Shown piece by piece: positions 11,734 to 24,564 of a stretch of DNA of 64,000 nt (positions are counted from its first letter, which is position 1; each line of letters begins with the position of its first letter). The stretch is taken from assembly GCF_006345805.1 (NCBI RefSeq), contig NC_043006.1:39990001-40054000 (forward strand). The letters are read 5' to 3'. The translations under genes and the position numbers were made by a program. Origin of the DNA: Octopus sinensis (Eukaryota). The notes below the pieces were generated by a model. That model was given only the letters and a program-made list of their open reading frames with translations. It had not been told where the DNA came from and did no database searches.

Positions 11734-11897
11734 GACGGGCTTCTTTCAGTTTCCGTCTACCAAATTCACTCACAAGGCTTTGGGTGGCCCGAAGCTTTAG
11801 TAGAAGACACTTGCCCAAGGTGCCACGCAGTGAGACTGAACCCGGAACTATGTGGCTGGTAAGCAAACTACTTACCACACAACCACTCCTGCGCCTA
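11450..11897 (-). mobile_element. SINE family C with expanded internal (TA)n
   Basis: TGTTTCAGTCATCTGACTGCGGCC...CCACACAACCACTCCTGCGCCT. Confidence 0.92.
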
Positions 11898-11903
11898 GAG
11901 AAT

Positions 11904-12643
11904 TATTACCTCCGCCTAAGCGAAGGTGGCGATATTGTTTTTCAGTCGTGTTTCTTTGTTTGTTTGTCGGTGGACAAGATATCTCAAGAACCGCCTGATG
12001 GATTCGAATGAAACTTTCAGGGATGTTTGGCCTCGTGACTGGCACGAATTGATTAGATTTGGGGATTGATCTGGTACCGAACAAGGATTCTGGTTTATTT
12101 TTCCGCTTTGTTTTTTTATTTAACTTGTGAGAGCGGTCGCATTCATTTTTAGTATTCTCGTTTGTGAGAGTAGTCGCGTTTTTTCAGATATTCTCATTTT
12201 AAAAATCATCTCTGGCTAATCGTTAAGAGGACGTTGGTTTTGCCTTGGCGGAAGTTTGTGCTGTCTCGGTGCTCTTGTTGTTATTACCTCCGCCTAAGCG
12301 ACGGCGCGGTTATTGTTTTCAGTCGTGTTTGTTTGTTTGTTTGTCTGTGGACAAGATATCTCAAGAACCGCTGGATGGATTCGAATGAAATTTTCAGAGA
12401 TATTTGACCTCGCGACTGGCACAAACCGATTAGATTATGGGGTCGATCCGGTACCGGACAAGGATTCTGGATTATTTTTTTCGTTTTTGTTGGGGTTTTT
12501 TCACTTAATTTTTGAGGGCGATCGAGTTCATTTTCAGTATTCTCGTTTGTGAGAGTAGTCGAGTCTATTTCTTCTCCGGCTAATCGTTGAGGGGACGTTG
12601 GTGTTGCTTTGACGGAGGTTCGCGCTCTCTGAGTGCTCTTGTT
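11904..12643 (+). mobile_element. Head-to-tail dimer of a Helentron/DINE-1-like non-autonomous element (HINE)
   Basis: Units 11904-12279 and 12282-12643, each with TATTACCTCCGCC 5' subterminal repeat, short GTTT microsatellite, inverted GGCGGA(A/G)GT-like 3' repeat, GCGCTCTCTGAGTGC-type hairpin and CTTGTT end. Confidence 0.8.
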
Positions 12644-13010
12644 AATATTTTTTTTTTATTGCAACAAGCACTTAGACGTATCATTCAGAAAGTCTCATGA
12701 GCCGCAGTTTGAGCCTCACTGATCAATAAATTTATGCAGCAAAATATGAATATTTATAAAAGAGAAGTATTTACACGGGTCCCACTACTTTTAATAATAT
12801 TCTATATTTAGTGGCAGAATCGTTAACAATGATTAGAAATTAAATTCAAATCGTTTAGAAGTCATTTTTACATTTCCTCTTTAAAAGCTCGATTAAATAA
12901 ATTCTCGATCAGGCTTCGTTGTTAGATTAATGAGCTAAAGCCTGTCTAAAAACACTATGGATTTGTGTTACTCTAAAAGTTAATATTTTTCTCACTTTGA
13001 CACAAGATAT

Positions 13011-13440
13011 TGTTGTTGGCATCCTTTTGTCTCGGGAGACAATAGAGTTGCGCATAAACTAATCCAGTCTGGTTTTTACACTTCATGTCCTCTCCAGTTT
13101 CCTCTCCAGTCTTGCGCAGGCCTGGGCTAGATGTAAGAAAATCCTGGGTAGCCCAATCGTCAGGATTCCTCTCTCAACCTTGCTAATGTAGTCCAAAGGA
13201 GTGCAGAACATTACGTTTGGCACTAGCTTGGTTGCAGGTGCTACCGGAAGAGTGTCGAGTCGAACACTAAACCGCCTACGGGGCTCCACTCCGGATTTCT
13301 TTGAAGATTGTCTCCTTTCCGTAACCCTGGATAGGGGCCCATACCGGGTACTGTTAGCCGGAGTCAGCTGATCCCGGGACTCGTGTCAGGCAGGGTCGTC
13401 ACTCCCTGAAGTAGTGAAGAAAATCTCTACCCACTACCTA
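13011..13440 (-). mobile_element. Bipartite (internally deleted) non-autonomous RTE-clade element
   Basis: Minus strand has the RTE-type 5' leader AGAAATCCGGAGTGGAGCCCC...GGCGGTT...CCAAGCTAGTGCCAAACG...CCTTTGGACTACATTAGCAAGGTTGAGAGAGG, and ends with the RTE-type 3' terminus ATTGTCTCCCGAGACAAAAGGATGCCAACAACA. Confidence 0.7.
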
Positions 13441-13794
13441 TTGACACAAGATTAATTTTAGGTAAAAAAAACAGTCGATTGAATTAATTCTGGAAATTAT
13501 TGTTGCTTAATTTACTGGTCCTGAAAAAGAAAAAGATACACTCGACCTCGGTGAGGCTTGAAACCGTATACTGCTTAACATGACTACACACATTCTTATG
13601 ATTTCAACTAGCTTAACTATGGAACGAAATCTGGGACATAATCGGAAGTTTTAGTATAATTATACACGTCATAAGAATTTTATAGACTTTCGAGAGAACT
13701 TAAAATAATTCTCTTTCGGAACGGTGGATCTTGAAACATATAAAGCTATAAATAATATCATGTAAATATTGGGCTGAAAAACCCTTTTGGTCTG

Positions 13795-14085
13795 GCCTGG
13801 CTTTTCGTCGGTTGCGACGATGAGTGTTCCAGTTGATTTGATCGACAAAACAGGGTGCTTGTGAAATTAACGTGCCAGTGGCTGAGGATTCCACAGATAC
13901 GTGCACTCTTAACGTAGTTCTCAGGGAGATTCAGCGCAACACAACGAATGTAACAAGGCTGGCCGTTTGAGTTACAGGTGCATCTCAATTTTGCCGGCTG
14001 AATGAACAAGAGAAGCGAGAAATAGATTATCTTGCTGAAGAACACAACGCCCCACCCGGAGTCGAACACCCTAGTCACCGCGTCA
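13795..14085 (-). mobile_element. SINE family B (tRNA head, CORE-like segment, RTE-like tail), decayed
   Basis: CGTCGGTTGCGACGATGAG...GTGGCTGAGG...GGGAGATTCAGCG; head remnant TCTTGCTGAAGAACACAACG. Confidence 0.75.
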
Positions 14086-15249
14086 CACACCTCCACAATC
14101 TCCTGGACCGAAAAAGTCGAAGACATTTCTAAAATGGATAGGGAAATTCGAAGAGTACTTTGGTTGAATGGTAGAACACCTTTCATGTCTACAGAAGATG
14201 TCAGTTCAGGTCTCATGGGTAGACTTCTACTTTTTCTTTCCAAAACTGGTTTTTCAGCCCAATATTTACATACTATTACTTATGGCTTTATGTGCTTCGA
14301 GATCCGAGGTTCCAGAGAAAAATAACTATATGCGTTTAAGCGTTATGCTTTCGACAAACATAACTATGGAGTGTAATTGGGGACATAATCAACATTCCTA
14401 CCTCTCTAACGATTACTGTTATGTTAATCGAAAACCATTGTTTTTGCTGTTAGTAATCCGATTTTGTTTTCGATATTATATTTTCATTTTTACTTCATCG
14501 TTTTTTTTCTCTTCATCAAGGACATTTTGTAGTTGTATTTCCCACTGCATTCTCGTGTTTACATTAATAATAAATATTCAAATTGCAGCATCGCTCGGCA
14601 AAAATAAATATATAAAAAGAGGATATGATATCATTGGAATATACAGTAAACAGCACAGTAAATTGGATAACAAGGAGAAACTGTTAAATCCAGCGTTAAA
14701 TCCAACAAGGGATTATTTCAAAGGCTTACACATAATATGTTTAGTGTAATGTGTGTCTTCTTATCTCTTGTCTTATGAGAAATTATTGATGTCTTCAGAA
14801 GGAAAGAGTACAGCTCAAAAACAAGAAAAGACAGAAAAACAGAAGAGAGAAAAATGACAGATTCAATATCTTCCTCAAACATTTTTCTCCCTGTTTCTCC
14901 TCCAGCTCAATTTCATCCTTATTAACTGAAATAGTATGCTTAATTTCTCTCACCAACTCTCTCACACTTTCCCATTAACTATCACTCTCTCTCTCCATCT
15001 CTATCTCTCTTCTTCTCCCTCTCTATCTCTCTTTTCCTCTCCCTCTCCCTCTCCATACATATATATATATATACATCACACACATTTTCTTTAATAATTC
15101 ATATTTTATACAATAATACATGAATAGCAAATCATTTGTTACAGACTTCCAGCAAATCGAACAGAGATGTACAGTATTTCTTTCGATGAAAGTGACAAGG
15201 GAGTGTCCATAACTCAGTGCAAAACTACTATCTCAAAGAACTTTATCCA

Positions 15250-15730
15250 AACTGTCAGTCCGTTGGTTACGACGACGAATATTCCTGTTGATCCGATTAA
15301 TGGAACAGCCTACACGTGAAATTAACTTGCAAGTGGCTGAGTACTCCACAGACACGTGTACTCTTAACCCATTAAGTCCCAGAGTACTTAAATTTCTGAA
15401 TATTGCTTTTAATTTTTTTACAGATGATTGAAAATAGGTTAAAATGAAAAAATAATTATTAAAACTCCTTTACTTCAAGTAGAAATGGAAATACTCGATG
15501 TCTTATAAACAGGACACTGAGACAATGTGATATAGCTTATTTAATGTTTTCATTTCGTGTCCTATTTATAGGACAATGGGACTTAATGGGTTAATGTAGT
15601 TCTCAGGGTGGTTCAGCGTGACACAAAATGGGACAAAGCTGACCCTTTGAATTACGGGTTCCATTTATTTTTGCCAGCAGGGTAAACTGGAGATAAAGTG
15701 TTTTGTTTCAAGATAGGACCCACCGCCGGG
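15250..15730 (-). mobile_element. SINE family B interrupted by a piggyBac-type MITE
   Basis: CCGTTGGTTACGACGACG...ACACGTGTACTCTTAA[insert]TTAATGTAGTTCTCAGGG...TTTTGCCAGC. Confidence 0.8.
15368..15590. mobile_element. piggyBac-type MITE (223 bp)
   Basis: TTAA at 15364-15367 and 15591-15594; perfect 14-bp TIRs CCCATTAAGTCCCA / TGGGACTTAATGGG; subterminal palindrome TGTCCTATTTATAGGACA. Confidence 0.9.
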
Positions 15731-15818
15731 ACTTCGCTTTTAGGTATTTAGACATTGTCGTCTATGTGTCTACTGGAAATATATAAAACACACAAATATA
15801 TGCACAATGGTATACTCA

Positions 15819-16095
15819 CGGGTGGCGGGGATTCAGAATTTTGTTTTGGGTGTTGCCCAAGAGTTTCGAAAAATACTATATAAGGTAGGAATCGCAATTT
15901 GTAACAAATGGACGCATTTTTATGTATTCTTTGTGGCAGCTGACCATATGCATAAGATAGAGTGATGCTGTGAAAATGCTGGAAATAAACCTTGGTCCTC
16001 TTTCTTCTTTTGTTTTTTTTTTTGTTTTTTGTGTCGACTCGGCTAGAAAGGGTGTCGTCCGGGCAACTAGGGCACCACTCTTGCATCCGCCACTG
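15819..16095. mobile_element. Possible decayed hAT-type MITE
   Basis: Right end GCATCCGCCACTG (reverse complement CAGTGGCGGATGC) and degenerate left end CGGGTGGCGGGGATTCAG. No clear TSD. Confidence 0.35.
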
Positions 16096-16289
16096 ACACA
16101 CATGTATAAACAAACGCCTACGACGGTCATTCACACACTTACCTTCCGCTAAGATTTATTCACGTGCGATTTGTTACAGCAGAACGCTAATTGTAATAAA
16201 CCCTTGCACATGGAGTCAAGTAATAGCAACGCATCCGGTAATATGTGACTGCGAGGCGAATTTAACTACCCAGCAGTATCTCATGAAGA

Positions 16290-17165
16290 TATCTGTAGAT
16301 ATACAGCGGACAGCAGAACTGGATATCCAAGAAAATTGGTTGGAGAAGCATTTGAAGAGGGTCTGCAATTATCGACTCGTAGGGCAGCTAACATGTTAGA
16401 ATCCTACGAAGTTATCTGAGCAAAATGTCTTATCACAGTAAAGTTTTTCACAACTTACAAGAACAGGATTATCTGGGCAGATCAGCGACGTGCTTTGAGC
16501 TTATTGATCAAATTGAAGGTGCCGATTTAATCAACAAAATTCTGTTCAATGATGAAACGAATTTCCACACGCGTGGAAAGTTTAATCGTTATGATTATAT
16601 CAATTGAGAAAGCGAGAAGCTAGGTTTATTCAATGAGAACCAAATACACCGGAAGTGAATGTTTGACATGGTATGACAAAGTCAAAGGGGTATGGACCTT
16701 CCATCTTCGCAGAGACTACAGTCTCGGGAACCGTCTATCGTGATATGTTTGAACAATCCTTCGAACATCAATTACAGATTGCATTCCTGATACAGTAGTT
16801 TTTCAATGGGATAGAGTGCCATGGCATTATGCAAATATTGTACGTTAATATCTTGACAGACGCCTTCTCTCGTTACTGGACTGGTCACGGAGGAACACAA
16901 CCTTGAGTAGCACGCTCGCCCGATTTAACACAAATAGAAGAATTAAAGATGTAGCAGTATTCTGAAATCTTATTAGCGATGCAGTTCAAAATATAACACA
17001 TCAAATGCTGAAAAGTATGTTTCAGGAAGCAATTTATCGCTTTGAGCTCTGTATGGTTACAATATGGAGCATAAATAATTTGCAGCATACGCTCTGAAAT
17101 AAATATATTATTCAAATTTAAACCAGTTTTTCATAACACCAATTATTTCTCGAAATGGATAGGGA
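16290..17165 (+). pseudogene. Decayed rosa/DD41D-type Tc1/mariner transposase
   Basis: Frameshifted motifs INKILFNDETNFH, PEVNV, VFQWD..PWH and ARSPDLT (about 16910-16930), with several stops. Confidence 0.75.
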
Positions 17166-17534
17166 CTTTTCTCTTTTTCCCTCTCACCCTCTCTCTTTCT
17201 CCTCTTTTATCTCTCGTATCCACACATACACACACATATATATTAGCAAAAATACTAGTTCTAAAATCTCTCTAAGAGATCAACGCAATAGCTGTATCGA
17301 TGAGTAATATTCGTAACCACCTAAACGTAGCTGTCCTTTCGAACGGACTCTACTGCGACTTTTTTTTTATCCCAAGCGGACATCTCTTCTAACTGGTTAA
17401 CGATGCAGAGCTGCATCCGATAAATTGCGAGCAGGGGAGTGAACCCCTACCGCCTTCTAACGACGGAACCAGCAGACCAGCTCTGCTTTCGGGCTATTTC
17501 TACCACTCTTTAAAACTGAAAACCTTGTTGGCTA

Positions 17535-17830
<296 letters not shown>

Positions 17831-18765
17831 TGCAAGAGTGCACAAGCCATCAATAAAGATGGAGTTATCGTTGTAATGACGTTACAAAATGAAAGTTAAT
17901 AACTAGAGGATGACGAAGTAAATAAAATTACCAGACTAACAGTAAAATGAGGAAATTATATTTATCGCTCCCAAAATACTGTATAGGTGTAATTCCCTGC
18001 CGAAGTTCATCAAGGAATGACATTTCCTGTATAGACACGAGGAAGCATAAACACGCCTTCATCTTCTGAATTTTCAATCCGTAAATTAAGACTTCCAAAC
18101 CCTTACCGTAACGCAGATCAGTTCCTTTCACAGCATAGACGGCATATACTACACTTTCTGTGTGTGTGTGTGTGTGTTATCTGTTGTCAGTCGTTGCGAC
18201 TATGATTGTTCATGGCTTTGACAAGACTTGATATGCTTTCTCCATGCTGGTCGGTTTTTTTTTTCGCTCGAGTTTGCCATTAATTGTGCTCATCAATAAC
18301 CTGTAAGAGCACCGTGTTTCGTTATGCAGCCACAATATACACTACAAAGCATATTAAACGTTTTTATAAGTCGACACTGTGTTCTATTGTCTTAGCAGTG
18401 CTATTACATCACTTGCTAAGATTATCTCTTCAGATTTTCTATAGGAATTACAATCCGCACTGGTGAGATCTACGATGGGAGTTTTAATAGCACTACTAAC
18501 ACAACAGAACACAGTTTGACTTACAAAAACGTTTCATATGCTTTGTGTGATATTATGATTTCCCAACGAAATATGGTGTCCCTGCAAGTGATTGATATTT
18601 ACGTACCAGTTTCCAGGAATGTGTTTAATATGTAAAATTGGTATATCCAATAATGCTGCACCGTTATATTTATGAAAGAAATATATAAATATATATATTA
18701 TATATATGTTTTCAATTTTTATTGTTGTTTACGTATTTCACTCATTTTCCCCTCGTTTGTTTTCG

Positions 18766-18829
<64 letters not shown>

Positions 18830-18834
18830 GAGAG

Positions 18835-20340
18835 AATATTATTCCAAACTTATAGGAAAAAATTCAATTTAGAAATACTAAATCAAATTTCACAAAATAT
18901 AACATAGTATAATATATATATATATATAAATTAGAAAAAAACCACCATTTTTCAATTCAATAATGAAAGATTAAATTATACCATTTAGAAAAATTACATA
19001 TCAAAGGTTAAATATAAGATAAAACATATAACAATGATTAGGTAATATGCAAAATAGTAAATAAAACGTATATATTTGGTAGAATAACGACACGTGTTTC
19101 GTGGCTATATTTAAGAAATGATAATAGTAATTATAATAGTAAAATCACTTCAATATAATTATAGCTACACTTCAGATTAAAGATAAAAACAATAAAATAG
19201 TTAATTAGATAATTGATAAATATACGTAAATAGTCTTGTAAAATACGAAATGTCTTAAGAAATATATTCTTGTTTAAATAAAAAAGTAGAATAAAAAAAT
19301 AAGATACAATTAACTAAAATATTTGAAACAAATATATATATATATACATACATTTATATATAAACTACAAAATATACATTAAGTAAAAACTGAATACTAT
19401 AATTTAATCAAAATACATTAAATTAAATTATTAATTAAATTATTTATTTAATCAACATCTAAAAAAAATCTTATAGTCATTAAGTAATTTATATTAAAAA
19501 ACCTTAATGTTAAGTAATATACATAATGTTAGCACAAGCTATAAATATTAGAATTAATAATAGGAAATGGTTTAAATATATACACACCTATTAGTTAATA
19601 TAACTATATCTCTCTATATATAAACGGCAGTTTGTCTGTGTGTGTGTCTGTGTGTCTGTTAGGTTGTACCCTCACCCTGACCACGGCTTTCAACCGATTC
19701 TGATGAAACTTGACACACACATAGCCCAATGTCATAATTCAAAACTAACGTAGCGAAAATTTTGAAAAGTTCCCCCAGTTCTGAAAAAAATCGATAAATT
19801 CGACATGGGGTCGAGAATCAGAAACACAAACCACAGACTGTCTAGAGGACGCAACTCGACCTTTTTAACTCTCAAAAAAAATTTACCTTCATTTTTTTGC
19901 TATTTTTTGGCTATAACTCTCTAAAAATGCTTTATAGTTATTTCCCTTACAAACCCGAGCAACGCCGGGCGATACTGCTAGTTATTTATATATATGTAGT
20001 ATATATATAGATTTAATATTTTACTCAATTAAATAGTTGACCAAATTATCAATTAATATCAAACTAATTTACTTAAATGTAATATTATGTAATTAATAAA
20101 CCACCTAACTATTAAATAATATATTGTCTTACAAAAGTAATTCTCAAATTAAATTATATGTAATTCGTTAAATCATATTATAAAATTAATAACAATCATA
20201 ATCATAAAACATAAAACATAATAAATAAATATATATATATATCGTAACTAATTATTATCAAGAAATTATATATAAATTAATATTTTAACAACAATAATAA
20301 TAATAATAATAAACCTTAATACAATTCAAAAGTTAACTAA
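18835..20340 (-). mobile_element. Very AT-rich interspersed element, possibly PLE-derived, bounded by (TA)n and carrying a Helitron insertion
   Basis: GACACGTGTTTCG...CTTCAG at 19089-19175 is the antisense of a hammerhead-like CTGAAG...GAAAC...GTC arrangement typical of PLE pLTRs. No ORF recognisable. Confidence 0.4.
19609..19981 (+). mobile_element. Non-autonomous Helitron (373 bp)
   Basis: A|TC 5' end, CCCGAGCAACGCCGGG hairpin 8 nt before CTAG|T, no TSD. Second copy at 38397-38776. Confidence 0.88.
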
Positions 20341-20384
20341 TATTATTAAATAAAAAAACTTACTTAGCCTGTCGATGAAAATAA

Positions 20385-20437
20385 TATATATATATATATA
20401 TATATATATTACAATAATAATAATAATAATAAATATA

Positions 20438-20482
<45 letters not shown>

Positions 20483-20519
20483 GATGATGATGATAATAAT
20501 AATAATAATAATAATAATA

Positions 20520-20555
<36 letters not shown>
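20385..20555. repeat. (TA)n/(AAT)n microsatellite
   Basis: Visible directly. Confidence 0.95.
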
Positions 20556-20577
20556 GTGGGGGAGCATCATAGCCATG

Positions 20578-20677
20578 NNNNNNNNNNNNNNNNNNNNNNN
20601 NNNNNNNNNNNNNNNNNNNNNNNNNNNNNNNNNNNNNNNNNNNNNNNNNNNNNNNNNNNNNNNNNNNNNNNNNNNNN
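20578..20677. other. Assembly gap (100 N)
   Basis: Run of exactly 100 N; true size and continuity across it are unknown. Confidence 1.
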
Positions 20678-21634
20678 AAAGAATACTAAACATCGTTTTC
20701 GCCACGTAAAAAAAAATTATTTGTCATTTTCATCACATTTAAGGAAGAGAAACATATTTGCAGTCATTATTGGTAGCACGTGCAGACGTAAATGTGCTTT
20801 GTGTTTGTGTATCGACACGTTCATATACATTTTTGTACATGCATGTGTATGTATGCACCTTTCTTTATATATATGTATATATTTATACATCATAGATGAA
20901 ATCCAGATTTTTTTTCTGTATAGAATACACTAAGGAGTGCTCAAGAGGTTTAAACTTGAGCAGGTATAAAAGTAAATGTGGGGATAAACAAGTTAGTCTC
21001 ATTCATGTATAAAGCGTATTAAATACATGAAATATAAAAAAAATGTATATATGCATGCATATAAAAAGGCCCGGTTTACGCAAGATAGGAATGATATAAA
21101 GAATTACAGGAGTTGAGGAAGCTCAAGGAAGACGGAGGCTTATCTCATTCTATGATGTAACCAATCTCCAAACATTATTATGGACCACCGAGCCTCTAGA
21201 AACAGCTGTTGGATTTGTAATACTTTCGTTCAGCTCCTTTAATTCTTGATATAATTTGTATTCTGTGTAAAACTTTTTTTTATATGTATACATACATTTT
21301 TTTGCATTTCACGTATTCAATATGCCTTATATATCGATCTGTCTAACTTGCTTAGCTCTACATTTACTTTTGTTTTTATATATGTATAAATGTATGTTGT
21401 TTTTCTTTACTTAATAAGTATGGAAGATGTAGCAAAGTGACTCTTACAAGACTATTGCTGTCACTTTCAGCTGATTTCTTCATAAATGTAAATGATTTTT
21501 CTCATTGCTATTGTTGCTATCGTTATTATTATTATCATCATAATTATTATTTTAGTTGTATACACACATACACACAGGAACACACACACGCATGCACGCA
21601 CACACATAGTTCAAAATGATACAAAAATAAAAGA

Positions 21635-21720
21635 GCGAGACAGGTGAGGGAACAACATACAAGGTGTATTAATTTCACACTCAGGGAAAGTGAAATATGT
21701 CTGATGTTTTGACCTTAGAG
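21635..21720 (-). mobile_element. Decayed PLE-type pLTR fragment
   Basis: Reverse complement CTAAGGTCAAAACATCAGAC...TTCCCTGAGTGTGAAATTAATACACC resembles the fragments at 30290 and 38110. Confidence 0.4.
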
Positions 21721-22272
21721 AAAGGAATGAAAAGAGGAAACATAGAGATGAAAACAAAAACGGAAATAGTAAAAAAACCTGTCTAGATTAACGGTTGCAC
21801 AGTTTTTCCTGCGTACGTATGTCACTAGTTCACAACTATGTAATTAACAGCATAACACATATCCCAATTAATCCTATAAATCCTAAAGATTTGACGAACT
21901 GTCACTAACAGAGGAGCGTAAAAAACAGTTACATTAACGTGACAACAACAAAAATCATTTAAACAAAAATAGACAAACTCTCGTCAGCTTCTCGGTCGGA
22001 AATCATTATAGTTTCGATACGATGTGCGTGTGTGTCTGTGTGTGTGTGAGTGTGAATTAATAAATTATTTAGTAGTGCACTACACAGCGTTTCTGCGATA
22101 ATATGATGTGCAAGTTGTATCTTTTAATAAAACTGAAAAAGTTTTAAGACAAGAAAGTTTAATCAGAATGATTCCTTTGACTGCTCACGGAAATAAACCC
22201 GTGGTATAACTCATGTGTTTAATTTTCACGGCGAGGCTAAGTTGTATGTTTATTTATAAAGATATATCTTAC

Positions 22273-22329
22273 ATTCCAGATCAACTCCAGCTCTCCCTTG
22301 CCTTCTCTTTACCTCATGTTGCCAGTCAC
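22273..22329 (-). CDS. Candidate internal exon (57 nt, phase 1-1) of an unidentified host gene
   Basis: taAG|GTGACTGG...CTGGAAT|GTAAGA; the only open frame gives (G/S)DWQHEVKRRQGRAGVDLE; phase-compatible with 24565 and 31581. Confidence 0.4.
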
Positions 22330-22499
22330 CTTATCGAATAGAGACTTTAAACCGACTTGGGACATCTACTTCAATAGATCAAGTTGTCAATAAATGCGAT
22401 GTCAGATGATAATTCACCGTTAGATGTTATATTAGCCGAGGGATTTCATCTCAACCAACCAGCGCAATCGATCAGAGCCTTCCCAAAATACACTTTTGA

Positions 22500-22788
22500 C
22501 TCATGCCTACATGCACGCACGCACAAACATACATACGTATGCAGAAATATACACATACAAACATGCGTGCGCGTACACACACGTTTACGCGCGTACGTAC
22601 ACACGCATTTACGCACGCATGCGCACAGAGATTTACTCGGTTCGTGTGCGTCTAAACACTCGCGTGTATCAGCCTCAAATAAGACAAACGTACGTGCATT
22701 GCGGACATACATACATGTATGCATACAAACACAAACCATAAACACACACACAAGCTCGTACTACAGCACACACATACAAACGTACAAG

Positions 22789-22820
<32 letters not shown>

Positions 22821-23880
22821 GTACAAGCACCACTCACCACCACAAATATGCACACCCACACACGCGCGAACATACACGCACACACACATAGTCGTGCGAT
22901 TGTTCACACATGCGCATGTATAAGATACATACATACCTACATACATGTAGACATATACACGTACATACACGTAAGTATGCACACAGACGTATCAATACGC
23001 GCTAGGACGTACAGTATACATACATACACACATACGCATACTCTCATACACACACACTCACATACACACATATGTTTGTGTGTATATATAATATATATAT
23101 ATATATACACGCACACAAATACATACATGCATACACGCACGACGCACATATATAAACACGTAGATATACATTCAAAGACACACAATATACATACATAGAC
23201 ACACACATACATTCATACACATATATACACGCACATGTATACATAAATACATACACACACCACATATATATATACACACACATATTCATAGATACACGTA
23301 CAAGTGTAAACATAAGAATACATACCACACATACACACGCGCACATATATACGGGCACACGCAGAAATACATGCATACACTGATACACACACACGTGTTT
23401 ATACATATATATATTTATAATATATATATAATATATATGTATACAAAGTATGCACGCAGATTTATATAAATTTACGCATTACACCCACACGTATAGAAAA
23501 CGTACACACATAAGCAAAATATACAAATATACACGCCCGATACGCGTACATATACTCACACACACATGTGCACACACACATGTGCACACACACAGAGACA
23601 CAAATCCACAAATATACGTACACGCGCATACACGAATGTACACAGAGAAACACAATATACGTAAACGAATACACATATGCGTATACACACACACTTATAC
23701 AAATATATATATATATTGATGCACACACAAAGTTGCACATATACGCACACACATATACAAACACAGACACACCCACCCAGGATACACATGCATACGCCTT
23801 ATATGCATACATACATGGACACATATACACACACACACACCATATATAAACGAATATACATGCATGCATATATTCTTTTT
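22500..23880. repeat. Degenerate CA/TA/CG purine-pyrimidine microsatellite field
   Basis: Visible directly; source of the HT/CV/YI ORFs. Confidence 0.95.
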
Positions 23881-23896
23881 TATCTATTATATTTTT

Positions 23897-24088
23897 CGGC
23901 GATTTGACTGCGGCCATGCTGGAGCACCGCCTTTAGTCAAGCAAATCGACCCCAGGACTTATTCTTTGTATGCCTAGTACTTATTCTTTCGCCGAACCGC
24001 TAAGTTACTGGGATGTAAAACAACATCAGTTGTCAAGCGATGTTGGGTGGGGCGACAAACACAGACACACAAACATACACACGCACAC

Positions 24089-24119
<31 letters not shown>

Positions 24120-24205
24120 TGTATGTATGTATGTATGTATGTATGTATGTATGTATGTATGTATATATATACGGGCTTCTTTCGGTTTCCGTCTACCAAA
24201 TCCAT
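23897..24205 (-). mobile_element. SINE family C, 5'-truncated, with internal (TATG)n
   Basis: TTTGACTGCGGCCATGCTGGAGCACCGCC...TTTCCGTCTACCAAATCCA. Confidence 0.9.
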
Positions 24206-24564
24206 TCAACCGTCTCATACCTTATCTGGTTCATCGGAACTATGCCCAAAGACAATCCTACCGTGACCATGCAGTCTTTATTTCAGACACTGACGATTTT
24301 ACTTTCTTCTTTTTAACGCTATTATGGTAAGATTAGATGGAGATTTGGTTGCTAGTTTTAGTATTTCAAACAACTAAAAAGTGGGGTTCTATTCTTGTAC
24401 TTGTTACTTAACCCCAAACAAAAAGAAAAGTTTCAAGTGATACTTCCGTCTAAAGCTTGAAGAGCTAAAGAAAAACATTTTCCCAAAACAGAAAAAAAAC
24501 AACAAAAAAACTGAAGTTCGAAACGAACACACACACACACGGATGCACTCACTCACTCACTCAC

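Noticed and set aside
14100-14230. Frame WTEKVEDISKMDREIRRVLWLNG, faintly like an R4-type RT thumb
   Set aside because: About 25 residues of weak resemblance; cannot be supported without a search.
17928-18131. ORF and alternate frame LRIENSEDEGVFMLPRVYTGNVIP, faintly BEL/Pao-like
   Set aside because: Too short, no other LTR-retrotransposon motifs nearby.
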